Shown here: piece by piece, positions 1 to 12,069 of the stretch
How positions within the stretch are numbered: the stretch's first letter is position 1
Layout: every line of letters begins with the position of its first letter
Source of the DNA: Chromera velia
Lineage: Eukaryota
Direction of reading: 5' to 3'
Length of the DNA: 51,366 nt
Assembly: GCA_018398765.1 (NCBI GenBank)
Contig: JAHBMJ010000278.1
Span: forward strand, 1-51,366
Notes under the pieces: generated by a model
Databases searched by the model: none
What the model was told of the DNA's origin: nothing
Seen by the model: the letters and a program-made list of their open reading frames with translations, nothing else
Position numbers and translations under genes: made by a program

Positions 1-1
1 A

Positions 2-1647
2 AAATTTTTCACAGCTCTTGATCTTCGGCAGTACTACCATCAGATGAGAATGAGAGAGAAAGACGTGCCCAAAACAGCGTTCACGACGAGGTATGGGAAT
101 TATGAATGGCTGGTGGTCTCTTTTGGATTAACGAATGCCCCCCCGGCAGCCATGCGATTGATTCAGTATGTGTTGAGGGAGTGCCTTGATCGGTATGTAT
201 CTGTATTTTTGGATGATATTCGAATTTATTCAAAGACGAGAGAGGAGCATGAACGGCATGTCTCTCGTGTTCTTTTTTCTCCTTAGACAGGCAAATCTGT
301 TTGCAAAGCTGTCGAAGTGTCATTTTTTTCAAAGAGAGGTGATATTCTTGGGGCTGAGGATCTCAGAGAAAGGAGTGAGGCCAGAGACAAAGAAAACAGA
401 AGAGATAGAAAACTGGCCAGTGCCCAAGAATGTGAGTGAGTTGCATTCTTTTCTTGGTTTGGCTTCTTGGGTGAGACGTTTTGTGTTTGAATTCAGCAAG
501 AAGGCTGCGCCTCTTTATCGCTTGCTGAAAAAGACGGTGAAGTTTGAGTGGAAAGAAGAGCAGCAGACGAGTTTTGGGGCAGTCAAAGAAGCAGTCAAGC
601 AGGTGACGGAATTGTATATTCCTGATCCTACTCGTCCATTCGAAATTTTTGCTGATGCGTGTGAAAAGACTGCGACTGTTGCTGCTGTGCTCATGCAGAA
701 GGATCCAAGTGTCAGGATCCTTCGGCCGTGTGCATTTGCTTCGAGAACAATGAGCCCAGCAGAGAAGAACTACCACATCAGAGACAAGGAGTTCCTCGCT
801 TGTGTGTTCGCAGTCAAGATCTGGCGTCCGTACGTTTCGTGCACGACCCAGGTATGGAGTGATCATGAAAGTTTGAAGACAGTCACGTCGACCGCCGATC
901 GAATGCAAATATCTCCTTGCATGCGTCGTTGGGTTTTGTTGTTTGACCAGATAGGTATCACGCCTCGATATATGCCTAGAAGTAAGAATCGGGTGGCAGA
1001 TGCATTAAGTAGAAAGCCTGTGAGAACTGAGCAAAAGCAGGAAGTGGAAGAAAAGACTGAAAAGAGAAAGGAAGAAGAAAAGGAAACGAAAGGACTGTTG
1101 GCAGGCATTGAGATGAGAGTGGATGTGAATGAAAAGTTCTTGAAGGAAGTGAAAGGAGGATACAAAAAAGAAAGATTCTTTCAGGAGCTCATCGAAGTAT
1201 TGAAGCATCCAGAGGTGCTTGTGCCTCGACACTTGAGAATAAAAATTCAATCATTTACTCTCGTTGATAACTTTCTTTATTTTAAAGACAGATTGGCCAT
1301 TTTGACTGATATTCTGCAGAGGCAGATGATTTCCGGCGAGCATCATAACACGGTGGTTGGAGGACATCTAGGGCCAGAAAAGACATTTCTTAAGCTGAAC
1401 AGTAAGTTCTACTGGCCCATCATGTATTTATCAGTCAAGAAGTATATGGCTTGGTATGATGCCTGTCAGAGAGCAAAACATTCCATCCAGAAAAGACCTG
1501 GTCTGCTCAATCTTTTGCCTATCCCTAAGTATCCGTATGAATCTTTTGCTCTCGACTTCCTGTTTGGTCTGCCAAGAACGTTGTACTGGGGAAGAATTGT
1601 GGATAGAATTCTCTCTGTTGTTGATCGTTTGTCAAAGGATGTATTTT
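2..1647 (+). pseudogene. pol: Gypsy pol: RT, RNase H, integrase N-terminal part (frameshift near 270-280)
   Basis: ORFs 44..286 and 186..1667 join by a frameshift at a T run; reading is cut at DRLSKDVF by an insertion. Confidence 0.92.
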
Positions 1648-3262
1648 CTACGGGGCAGCATTCCTAGATAGAACCCTAGTACCGTGCAATGCCATGTTTA
1701 ATATGCTGTAATTAAAGATGATATAACATAGGTTCTAATAGGTTCTAACACTGTTTTTTGCTTTTTTAGACTCGTTAGTGTAAGGTTCTTTCAGATTCTT
1801 AAAGGTTCTTTAAAGAAGAATCAAGTCTACGTTGCGTCAAAGTAGTGTCTCCATCATTTGGTTCTTACTCTCTAGAGAAACCGCTAGAACCTAGGTTCTA
1901 GGAACCTAGATAAAAACCTGTAAGAACCATGAAAAACCCTCCCTCTAAAGCTTTAGAAAGACTAAAGAGCTAATTTAGATGATTAAAATGATCTAAACAA
2001 AAAAGACAGATGCTTACATATGCTAAAATTGACCGTCAAAATCATAAAACTCAGCTGTCAACTCGCCTTTTCTTCTCTTCAAACAGACTTACAAGACGAA
2101 CAAGCTCTTCATCTTTCATAAAGACGGTTTTATTTATTTTATGCGCATGCTGAATATAAAAGAATATAGAAAAAAGTGGGACGTTATCGACGTGAATCTT
2201 TTTAGGCTTCCTGTTTTGGCTTAACTGCCAAAGGAGAGAGAAAGCGCGCAATGAGGCACTGCCATGTCAGCTAAGTCGGTCGAAGCCTTGTCAGACTCAG
2301 GATATGTATGCACAGTAATCCGGTACAGTTCATCTAAGTCCCTTTCTTCATGTTCGACGTATGCAATCGCTCGTAACTCTGAGGGCTCAAAAGCTTTCTT
2401 CTTATCATTCCATGACAAAATGTTCACCACCTTGGAAACATACCAACTCAGTTTTCTCTCCAAGCCTTCACCCTCATCATACTGGCACGCCACGAGTTAT
2501 CCCATCATAATAGAATACTCGCTTTTCCAAATCAATGCCTGATTGTGGGACTTCGTACACACTCTCACCCCCCGATCGTTTGACAACTTTTCTTGATACA
2601 AGAGAGCACAAACGGCACTCAACCACATTCTAATAGACCACATTATACCGTGGTTTAGTACTTCAAAGGAGACAACCCCTGTCACCCCCCCTTGCTTCTC
2701 TTCAGGTGTTGTCACCGCTCGTGTAAAGACAGAAAGGGACTGTTCTTGTACTGCATCTTCTATTTGAATCTGCTCCTGCAAACTTTCGAGTTCTTCTCCC
2801 TCTGGTGTATTATCCAACTTAATAGGGATCTCTACATCTATCCCACCCACTCGTCATCTTCAATGCCCCCCCCCTTTTCCAACATTTTCCCTTTACCTCT
2901 CACAGTCCTTTTCCAACGTTTTCCAGTCGGATTGGTGAACAAACTTTTGAATATTTTCATTATGTTCAATGTTTCATAACTGGTTTTGGACGAGTTCTTT
3001 AGGGTTCTTGGAGGGTCAGACTGAGAAGGCTAGAACCTAGGTTCTAGGAACCTAAGAACCTAAAGGTGGAGACGTATAGTTTTTAAGCTCAAACCGAGTA
3101 AGAACCTTCAATTAATAGTCTAAAAATGTCATTATTTTATTTTTTAGAACTTTTTTTGCTTATAAAATAAGTTTGGAGTTTATTTTAAATGTTTTAGAGC
3201 TTAGATTGCTACTATAAAGTCGTTCGACGACCACATCTATATTTTCGAGTGCCTCCTCGTAG
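1648..3262. mobile_element. 1.6-kb TIR DNA transposon (non-autonomous/degenerate) inserted in the Gypsy integrase; 8-bp TSD TGTATTTT
   Basis: TGTATTTT at 1640-1647 and 3263-3270; imperfect TIRs CTACGGGGCAGCATTC / CTACGAGGAGGCACTC (12/16); many subterminal GAACCT/AGGTTC motifs; removal restores ...DRLSKDVFFISVWEK... integrase frame. Confidence 0.92.
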
Positions 3263-4239
3263 TGTATTTTTCATTTCGGTGTGGGAAAAGGTTACAAGAG
3301 AAGAGACAACATCGATTATATTCGAGAGAGTGGTGTGCTTGGTCGGTATGTTTCGTTCTCTTCTCTCTGATTGCAATTCTTGCTTCATCTCTATATTTTG
3401 GCGAGAATTACAAAGACTCTGGAAATCAAAAATCAAGATGAGCTCTTCCAGACACCCGCAGACAGACGGACAGACAGAGAGAGACAACAGAACGATCAGG
3501 GAGATGTTGAGGTGTTTTGTGATGGACCATCAGGAAGACTGGGCCGAGGCTTTACCGGCATGTCAGTTTGTATATAGAGACAGTGTGCATCCAGTGACAG
3601 GTCTCTCACCATTTAGATTTGTGCATGGCTTTGATCCAATCCGACTGCCTGCAGTGCCTGTTCGGGGAAGTTTGCTGTCTCCGGCAGCAGCTGATTTCAC
3701 TGCACGATACAGAGCAGAGATGGTACAAGTAAAGGAGTACCTGGAGCGAGTAAGGGAGACGGCAGCTCACTATTATGATCGTCATCATAGGGAACTGGAA
3801 TTGGGTCCAGGAGATTGGGTGTTGGTGCATAAAGAATTTTTCGAACAAGAAAGAAGGCCGGAGCTAGAGGCTGGAGGGAGTAAAGAGAAAGCTTGAGCCT
3901 GTATGGTTTGGTCCTTTTGAAGTAGAGAGGGCAATCACATGGGGAGCGTATGAGTTGATCTTTCCGGCAGAAGTTCGCATTCATTCTGTGGTGAATGTGA
4001 ACTATCTGAAGAAGTATGTAAGAGAGCCGGGTGACCTTCCACCTGCAGTTAGACTTTTGAGGTTCGAGGGCCCTGAGTACGAGGTAGATAGAATTTTGGA
4101 CAGCAAGAGAATTTCAGGGAAGCAGCATTATTTAGTCAAATGGAAAGGGTTTGGAGTGAAAGATGCTTCATGGGAGCCAGCGAAGAATCTTAAGAGACAA
4201 AAAAAAAGGATCACTGATTTCAAAAGGAAAGAAAAATGA
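3263..4239 (+). pseudogene. pol: Gypsy pol: integrase core, GPF motif and C-terminal chromodomain (frameshifted near 3890)
   Basis: ORF 3249..3896 (MSSSRHPQTDGQTER, TGLSPF), shifted frame KLEPVWFGPFEV, ORF 3955..4239 chromodomain. Confidence 0.93.
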
Positions 4240-4442
4240 TAGACGGGCAGTATGAGGGAGGAAAGGCATAGGGTGAGAGACAATGTATGATGATAACTCG
4301 ATCGCTCGAGGGCATGTTAGATAGGCGCTTGATAAAAAGATAGATAGGCATGAGAATTGATTGTCCGATCGCTTGATGGATACATGATTAATATATCAGT
4401 CTTCAGAGCCAAGCGTGGACGTTAGCTTGAAAGGCGGGCAAG

Positions 4443-4812
4443 TGTGAGGGGCATTCCGCCTAATAAGAAGACTGAGTAATAAAGGGCTGGCAAGCGTCAT
4501 GCAGATGTGGGCTGGACGGGGGACCCGGGCCACATAGCGTGCATGGGTGTATCACGAGGCCGCGCATCGTGAAGTTGGGCATGCTTTTATTAAGTGATTT
4601 CAGTGAAGCGTATGCTTGATGTGTCTGCTTAACGTCATCACTAAGAATGCTTAACATTGACATTAACTGCTAGACTAAACCAACCGATATCTGTCAGACT
4701 TTAACCACCTGTATCTGATAGTACTAAGACTCCAGTAAAACAGCTTATACAGGGAGTGTATGCATGAGCTAGCCATAGCTATTAAAATATACTTCTTATA
4801 TATTATCTTACA
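4443..4812 (+). repeat. 3' LTR of the Gypsy element
   Basis: Starts TGTGAG right after the purine-rich PPT GAAAGGCGGGCAAG (4429-4442); probable end CTTACA at 4812. Partner LTR lies outside the window, so the 3' end is less certain. Confidence 0.7.
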
Positions 4813-6438
4813 CGCACTCCCTCTGTCAGTCTCTGTTATCCCTCTGAAGTCTTGATTGACCCAGTCATGGTCTTGTTTATGCGTATGTTTTTATAGTACG
4901 TCCACTTTGTTCTGGTACAGTAAGAAAAGTTCCGGTCAGGGCCCAGACTGAATCTGATGAACACTTCTGAAAGCCTGTCTTTCTCTTTGTGTCTCTCTTT
5001 CTCTGCGTTGGTGGATAGGGGATGTGCGCATCCATTCACGGTCAACGAGTCACTTTTCTTTGCCTTTCTGTTGATTTCTGTTGGGGGGTGTTGGGGGTAT
5101 CACTGACCGAAATAGAATTCTGACAAGTCTGACTGGAGCGCATACATGCTTTACACGCTTGTTGCCAAAATGACTCAAACTTGCCTGCAAGAGTGTATGA
5201 TAAACAAGAAGTTCAGAAAAATAGTTGTCGGTTTGATGAAAGATGGCACAAACCTGTACCGAAAGCCTGTGTTTCAATTCTTTTGCTGTCCTTTATTTGC
5301 CGTGGTTCTTCGCATTTCTTCTCCCGTTGTCCATGCAACTTTTTTTGTTTCTTCTCCTCTGCAACCATGGAAATGAGCGTTGCTCAGCCCTTCCTTTTCC
5401 CTTTCCCCCGCCCGCCTCCCTTTCTTCTGCCCGCTTGCCTCCTCCCCAGCCACTTACCCTCATTGCCTCCCTTCTTCCCTCTTCGACAGTGTCCTGCCGG
5501 GACCCGTTCCCCCCCTTATATATGCCTCGATCCCTCTAATTGACAGAAGCAGCACGATCCCTCTACCTTCCCCCTCCACAGGCAGAAAGCGTGGGCGCTC
5601 CTACAATTTTCTCTGTTATACCCCTTTCTCCTGTGCTTTCCCCCCTCTTTTCTCGGCTGACTGTATGCAGATCAACAAAGAAGGTAACCATCCCTGTGGA
5701 CATTCGCAAATCCGCCCCTCCCCTTTCTGTAGATGTTTCCTGGGCAGAGGGTCTATCTATCTTTCTGTTTGATTGTCAATTTTAGCTGCATGGCCTTTTT
5801 CCTGGTTAATTCTAATTTAGGGTACGTGTCGCGTTTCATTCTCTCTTCTCCGTCCTTCCCCCCAAACTCCGTCCTTTTCTCTCTAATTTTGGGTCTCCTG
5901 CGCTCTCGCTTTGCTTAATTGAACGGCCGATCGAAAAGTCCATCTGCAGAAAAGAAACGTATAAGAACAGACGAGAGGGAGAGGAGAGCTATGGGGTCTT
6001 TGAAGCTATATGGTTGCGATGAGATTGAGGGAAAGAAGACGAGCGAGAGGTGGAAGTAAATGGCAGAGAACCAGAGAGGCGGGCTCGATGTATGGCTGTA
6101 TCTGAAGGGAAGAGAAACAGCCAGAAAAATGAGTGGACATGGAAAGGCTGCACGGGGTCATTTTAAGAAGAGAAAATCGGGGAGGCTGGTCTGTCTATAA
6201 TATGAAAGAGGCTGGAGTGGTAAAGGAGGGGCAGGTTCAAAGAGATCCTGGTATACGTTGTATCAGGAATAAAAGCGTGTTCATATTACTGTTTTGTTTC
6301 TCTGTGTGTTCTTGTACTTGTGTTTCTGAATAAGTGTTCACCGTGTGCATCTCGTTGTCCATATTTATTTTGTCTTATATTTAGTCCTTTTTAAGTGTCT
6401 AGGTTTTTCGACAGCTTCACGTTCACATTTTTTCGCAG

Positions 6439-6953
6439 GTAGCAGTGCACAGATGGGGGTCGAGCAGACATGGGCCGCTGAGGGATGGGAGTGCGACTTC
6501 ATGACGCCCCGTCGCTCTCGGAGTCTATGCTTTCTCTTACGGAAGGATGGCACATTAGTAGGTCCGTCTCCCATGCTTGTCGTCTTCAAGTTCTCTTTGT
6601 ATTCAGTCTTTCTGCCCAGGTTTCTTTTTTTACGTTGAGCACAATTAACTAACGATGGTGTAAGGTTCTTTAACATCTGCTTGGAATGTCTAAGACTGCA
6701 TGACTTTCCTTTTCTGGGTGCTTTTGGATTTTGATCAGTCAGCCTATTCCTTGATGTTTTCTTTCTTGCAGGCAGCGCTACACCGATAGTGAACGAGAAG
6801 CCGTCGGCCTCTAGAGGACGGGAGTGCAACTTCATGATGGACCATCGCTCTCCACGTTTTTTCCTACAGAGGGACGGCACATTGGCAGCGGCAGCGCTCC
6901 AGGGAACGTCAAGCCCTCAAAAGGCTGACAATGGCAGAAAGGGGCCAAATTAA
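6439..6953 (+). other. Two exon-like segments (6439-6561, 6772-6953) that are diverged duplicates; unknown protein
   Basis: Both follow TTT..GCAG acceptors; translate as GWECDFMTPRRSRSLCFLLRKDGTL and GRECNFMMDHRSPRFFLQRDGTL. Confidence 0.4.
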
Positions 6954-7208
6954 TGAATTCAACAGACTGGCAAAAGACTACCCCCGGCAAGCGCGAGAAG
7001 TAGGACCGTTGAATATCTCTGTGATGCACAGATACTTGATGCACATGTCTCATGAGGACGTGCCAGAGAGAATGAAAAGGATTCTGTGAATCCCATACGA
7101 TGGGATAAGGTCCTACCTATATGCCCTCCTCGAGAAAGGACAGTGTTAGATCAGAAAAGGGCATAACTTTGTGTACGTTTCTCTGCCCCACTACCCCTGT
7201 GATTCTGT

Positions 7209-7332
7209 TTGTGTATATATGTGTGTGTCTGTGTATGTATGTGTACATGTGTATGTGTGTGTGTATGTGTGTATGTGTGTATGTGTGTGTATGTGTGTGT
7301 ATGTGTATCTGTGTATCTGTATATGTGTATAC

Positions 7333-7377
<45 letters not shown>

Positions 7378-7390
7378 TATGTGTATATGC
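7209..7390. repeat. (TG)n/(TGTA)n compound microsatellite
   Basis: Direct inspection. Confidence 0.95.
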
Positions 7391-7684
7391 GTATTACAAA
7401 ACCCAACTATCTGCCCTCTTCTTGCTTTTTATATTCTTGCAGGCGCTTTGCAATATAGAAGTATGACTGTACACTGGGCCCTCCTCACGTGTGTTATGTG
7501 ACAGTTTTAGTGACAGTTGCCCTCTCAGCAGGTAGGCATAAACTCTTGGCCGATTTGACTCGGTATTCCACTTTTCGTTGGTGAACATCATTCATCACCC
7601 GCCGCCTACATGACCCCCTTCAAGAGAAAACTACGCTTTCTACGAGACCTCATAGATACAGGTCATGTTGCTTCTTTCTGTCTA

Positions 7685-7825
7685 AGCTTTCTTTCCTTCC
7701 TTCTTTCCTTCCTTCCTTCCTTTCTTTCTTTCTTTCTGTCTTTCTTCCTTCCTTCTTTCCTTCCTTCCTTCCTTCCTTAGTTTCTTTCTTTCCTCCTTCC
7801 TTCCTTCCTTCCTTCCTTCCTTCCT

Positions 7826-7859
<34 letters not shown>

Positions 7860-7885
7860 TTCTTTCCTTCCTTCCTTTCTTTTTT

Positions 7886-7921
<36 letters not shown>

Positions 7922-8210
7922 TCGTTTGTTTGTTCGTTCGTTCGTTCGTTTGTTTATTCATTCGTTCGTTCGTTCGTTCATTCGTTCGTTCGTTCGTTCG
8001 TTCATTCGTTCATTCGTTCGTTTGTTCTTTCTTTGTTTCTTTCTTTTTTCTTGTCTTTCTTTCATTCATTCTTTCTTTCTTTCTTTCTTCCTTTCTTCGT
8101 TCAACTTGTCTTCTTCCTTCCTTCCTTCCTTCCTTCCTTCCTTCCCTCCTTTCTTTCCTCCTTCTTTCCTCCTAGCCTTCCTCCCTCCCTTCCTTCCTTC
8201 CTTCCTTCCT
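7685..8210. repeat. (TTCC)n/(TTTC)n/(TTCG)n compound microsatellite
   Basis: Direct inspection. Confidence 0.95.
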
Positions 8211-8350
8211 TACCCTTTTTACTTGGTTGGTAGGTTAGCAGGTTCGCTTGTTCATTGCATGTTGCAACCGTGCATCTTGTGCGCCCCTTTTTCCTCCGTT
8301 CTCTACTTTTGTGCGCCTGTTTGATATCCGCAGACCCGTACCCCAACTAG

Positions 8351-10500
8351 GAGTCCGATCGTAACGACGCCATGATGGAAGACACGTCTGCCGATGCCTC
8401 TATGAGACTCCCAGGGGACAAGAACAACAACGCATCCAAGAAGAAAAAAAGAAAGATTCAGGTTAGTCTGTCTCAGCTAGGTGACGTGTGTGTGGTGTAG
8501 CATTCGACAGCCTTGTTCACCAGTTGGCTGTCGCCATTCCCCCCCCAAGGCCCCCCCTTGGGAATGAAAAACCCTGCCTATCAGCACGCTTTCCCCCTTT
8601 TCCCCTTTCTTTCTCGATCTCCTGAGATCTATTTGTCTGTGGCCTCACTTTTTCTTGGACCTGATGCGTCCTTTTCGTCTTGAATTGCAGGGACTAGTGC
8701 AGGGAGCTCTGGAGAAGGCAGAGGGAGGCACTTGGACTCACGGTGGGTTTTTCATGACATTGTGTGTTTCTGTTGGTATGTCTGTTGACTTTTTTTTGCA
8801 TGCTGCGTATACTGAGAGCGAAGATCTTGGCAAAAAGCAAGCGAATAAGCGAACTGAGATGCATAAGCATGACCAGGGTCCTTTTTGGCTATCCGCGTAT
8901 GATACGAGTGGGCATCAGTTCTAGGCAGGGATTTTTTGGTCTTAATTTTTTCTTTTTTTGGAGAAGGTGGGTAGAGCATGCCGTCCTCGGCAGCCAATTC
9001 GCTGCGCAGGGCTAAAAGAGCATTTGTCACCTTTTACGTAGTGCTCTCCTATAAGAGGGCCATAGTCTTGCAGTGGGAAGTAGATTGCTTCTTGTTTCCT
9101 CCTTTGTATGGACTGTCTTAAAAGTTTCCTTTGATTCCGCTTCCCTATGCATATGCCTTCCTGCAAACGACCCTGCCTGCTTGCTTGCTTGCTTACGTTT
9201 CTTATCCCTTGCAAACTGCCTTGTACACCCCATACGCATGCTTGCCCCTTCTTTTTACACCATTTTTTCACCGCACGACTTTGAGTCTTTCATATGTATC
9301 CTGCTCCTTTTCACCTCCTTTATGTGTACTGCACAGACATACTTACCCTCTTCAGGAAGCCTCAGGCAGATCGATCCCTCCAACCAGAAGGGGGTCTGTC
9401 TACCTTTGGAGAAACCAGAATACTGGAGCGCATCATTGTGCTATGAATCTGAGCTCACCAAAATATATGGTTGGTAACGTTTGCTACACGTTTTTGATTC
9501 CTCGATTACACCCGCACCCTTTCTCTACATGTGTACATGCAGACCAATACCAACACAAGACTGGAGATAATGTCTCGAAAGGCGATAGTGAGTCACCAAA
9601 AGAGCTAAAGTTTGCAGCGACTGGTTCAGATGTTTTTTTTTGTGCGTTCTCGTTTCTGACCTGCGTGCGATTACTCTTCTCTTTTACAGACCCATCTACC
9701 CCCCCCCCCCCCCCCCCCCCCCCCCCACCTGCTCTCTCAAATATCATATCATCACAGCTTGCATGGCAAGTTGAGTGTCTGGCTGCTGTTGGATGTGTTC
9801 TCTTAATTCCCTGTATATCCTTGATCATTAATATTTTTGCACGTTGATTGATTACAGATAACCTTCCAACCCCCCCAACCCCCTGGTGGGGAGAGAAGAG
9901 CCTCAAGGAAGCAGCAGACCTCCTGAAAGATAAGATCAACGAGGAGCTGCAGGCTCTAGGGGGATCCGTCAAGTTCATCAACATGCATGGAGTGGAGATG
10001 GGAAGCGTCACTGTGTTGGGCTTCTTTTTGGATCTCAGAGGATTCCGTATAGAAGACTGGGACTTCGTCATCTCCGAATAAGAGAAGAAGTAAGTCAACA
10101 CACAGTCCAGAGGGGGGGGGTTCTGGTGTGCACTCTGGGTTTTGGTAGAGGCTCATTACACATAGAAATACTTGTGTACGAAAGTCCATCAATTAATATT
10201 GCTGGCAGGTATCTCGTCCATCTCCGCCTCCGCCTCTACCTTAGCCCTGGCCGTGGCTAGGCCCAAGCGCACCGCCACCCTATATCTGACCCTTGCTACC
10301 ACAAAGAAGACCTCTGCCATAACCATCAACGAGGTGGAGATTTATCAGAAGCTCTCTAAGGAGGAGTAAGGTGTCTTACACGTTGACTACCCACACCTTT
10401 GTGACCAAGCAGGGACCCCTTATGAAGACTCACCTTCAAGAGCGAGACCTTCAAGCCCATGGCACTCACACCTCAGGCTGGCATTCTGGCATGCTTCCAG
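8351..10500 (+). pseudogene. Probable degenerate multi-exon gene of unknown function
   Basis: Series of coding-like blocks bounded by CAG/GT (e.g. ~8351-8461, ~8691-8742, ~9337-9469, ~9543-9587, ~9859-10088, ~10209-10430) with in-frame TAA stops (ISE*EKK, LSKEE*GV). No family recognised. Confidence 0.4.
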
Positions 10501-12069
10501 CGTCTATATCGGTGCTCGGTCATCGTACATAGCTGGCACTAATAGGCGCGTGCGTCCCATGCATTGAATATGTGCTCACTCGCTCTCTTGATTGCGTGTT
10601 CGGTCGATTGTGCGTGCGCTGAGCATGCACAAGCTGGCCGAATGATAGCGTTACTGCATATATGGATGGTGTGAGGCCAACATACGGTGTGGGTGGCTCA
10701 TGTTACGTGTTAAATTGGTCTCGATCCAATTTTTTCCCTTCTCCTTGAAGTTCTTCTTTGATCTTTGCTTCCCGTTCTTGCATGAGGTTGCAAAATTTTT
10801 TTGTGGGAGAAATTGCTCTTTCAGACAAATTGAAAGAAGAATGGAAAAAACGTTTTCTTGATATTGGCTTGTGAGTAGTTGAAAAGTTGATTGATCGACA
10901 ATTATAAAAATTTTCTTTCTTATGTTCTTTGCATAAGAGTGTGCTCCATTAATAAAGCTTCAACCTACTTCAACCTGTATTTGTTTATCTTTCTAACCAT
11001 CAAAGCCAAGCCGCTATTTTTACTTTTCTAAGTTTTCTCTAACCTTTTCAAACAGTTAATTTCGTTGAAATACTATAGTAATTTCATTTATTTTTGAAAA
11101 TTTAACTTATTTTCTTCTGTTTCTGAAAATTTCTGAATTATTGAATTAGAAATCAGTGTTATATGCTTCTGACTTTATCGTTTCCTCAATGGGGATCTTT
11201 TTTTATTATTAAATATTGCAAATGGCTAGCAAGTGGGTATATAATCCCAACGCAAAAGGGAAACAAGTGTTTTATACTACAGCAATGCTAGTTTTATAAA
11301 TTAAAGGAATTTGTTTAGATATCAATTTTAATATTTATATATAAATTAGGTTACTAGCTGGCAGTAAAAGTTGTATAAGTTACAGTATAACTAGTTGTAT
11401 AATTAATGTTACAGACTTACAACCCTAGGTTACGTACAACGACAACAATCATAGATGACCCTAGAGACGAACAGCATATGGGATTTAAGAAAACATACAT
11501 GAAAGTAAGGGCGATTTAATAGAATTAAACTAAAAGAAAGTTTAAAAATTAAACAAACAATTTTATTTTCCGACGGCGGTCTCTTGGCTTTGTGTCAATT
11601 ATTAAATCTAGCAATTAATTAAGTTACCTAGCAAGTTCGTAGGTAACATGAAGTACTAGGATGGGGGTATACGTAGTAGGATTAGAAGGTCCCCAATTCA
11701 AACTCAAAGAAATGATTATCCACTTTTCTTAAACAAAGCAAAACCATGAAACCGAACTCACTAAAGAAAGTATAGTCTGAAATCATGCAAAGAAACCAAA
11801 GAATCCAATTACTGCGTAGTATGAAATCGAAGCATACGATGCATCCATGTAAATACTGCACGGTCTGAAATGATCAGTATACAATCAAAGAAACCAATTA
11901 TTTTCTGAACAATTATTAATTACAAAAACAATAGTTGATGAATATTAAATTATATCTAGAATTATATCAATTTAAACTAGCAATTCGAGGTCTATATTAT
12001 TTAGACTATATATATAACATACTATATGTAAATCCATATCTATTATTCTTTCGGTTATTCTATGATTTA

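Larger units (their letters stand above)
1..4812 (+). mobile_element. Ty3/Gypsy chromovirus-type LTR retrotransposon (3' part; runs off the window start), degenerate and interrupted
   Basis: RT motifs (LDLRQYYHQ, KTAFTTRYGNYEW, FGLTNAP, FLDD), RNase H (FADAC, PCAFASR, WSDHESL, NRVADALSR), integrase HHCC-like finger and core (HPQTDGQTER), GPF motif, chromodomain (EYEVDRILD..YLVKWKGF..SWEP), then a PPT and 3' LTR. Order RT-RH-IN is Gypsy-type. Confidence 0.96.

Noticed and set aside
7121..8346. Many ORFs such as CVCVCV, THTHTH, SFLSF, KEGRK here and in introns throughout
   Set aside because: Translations of microsatellites, not genes.
9848..10081. PTPWWGEKSLKEAA as a hAT dimerisation domain
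   Set aside because: The diagnostic downstream SxxxERxFS motif is absent.
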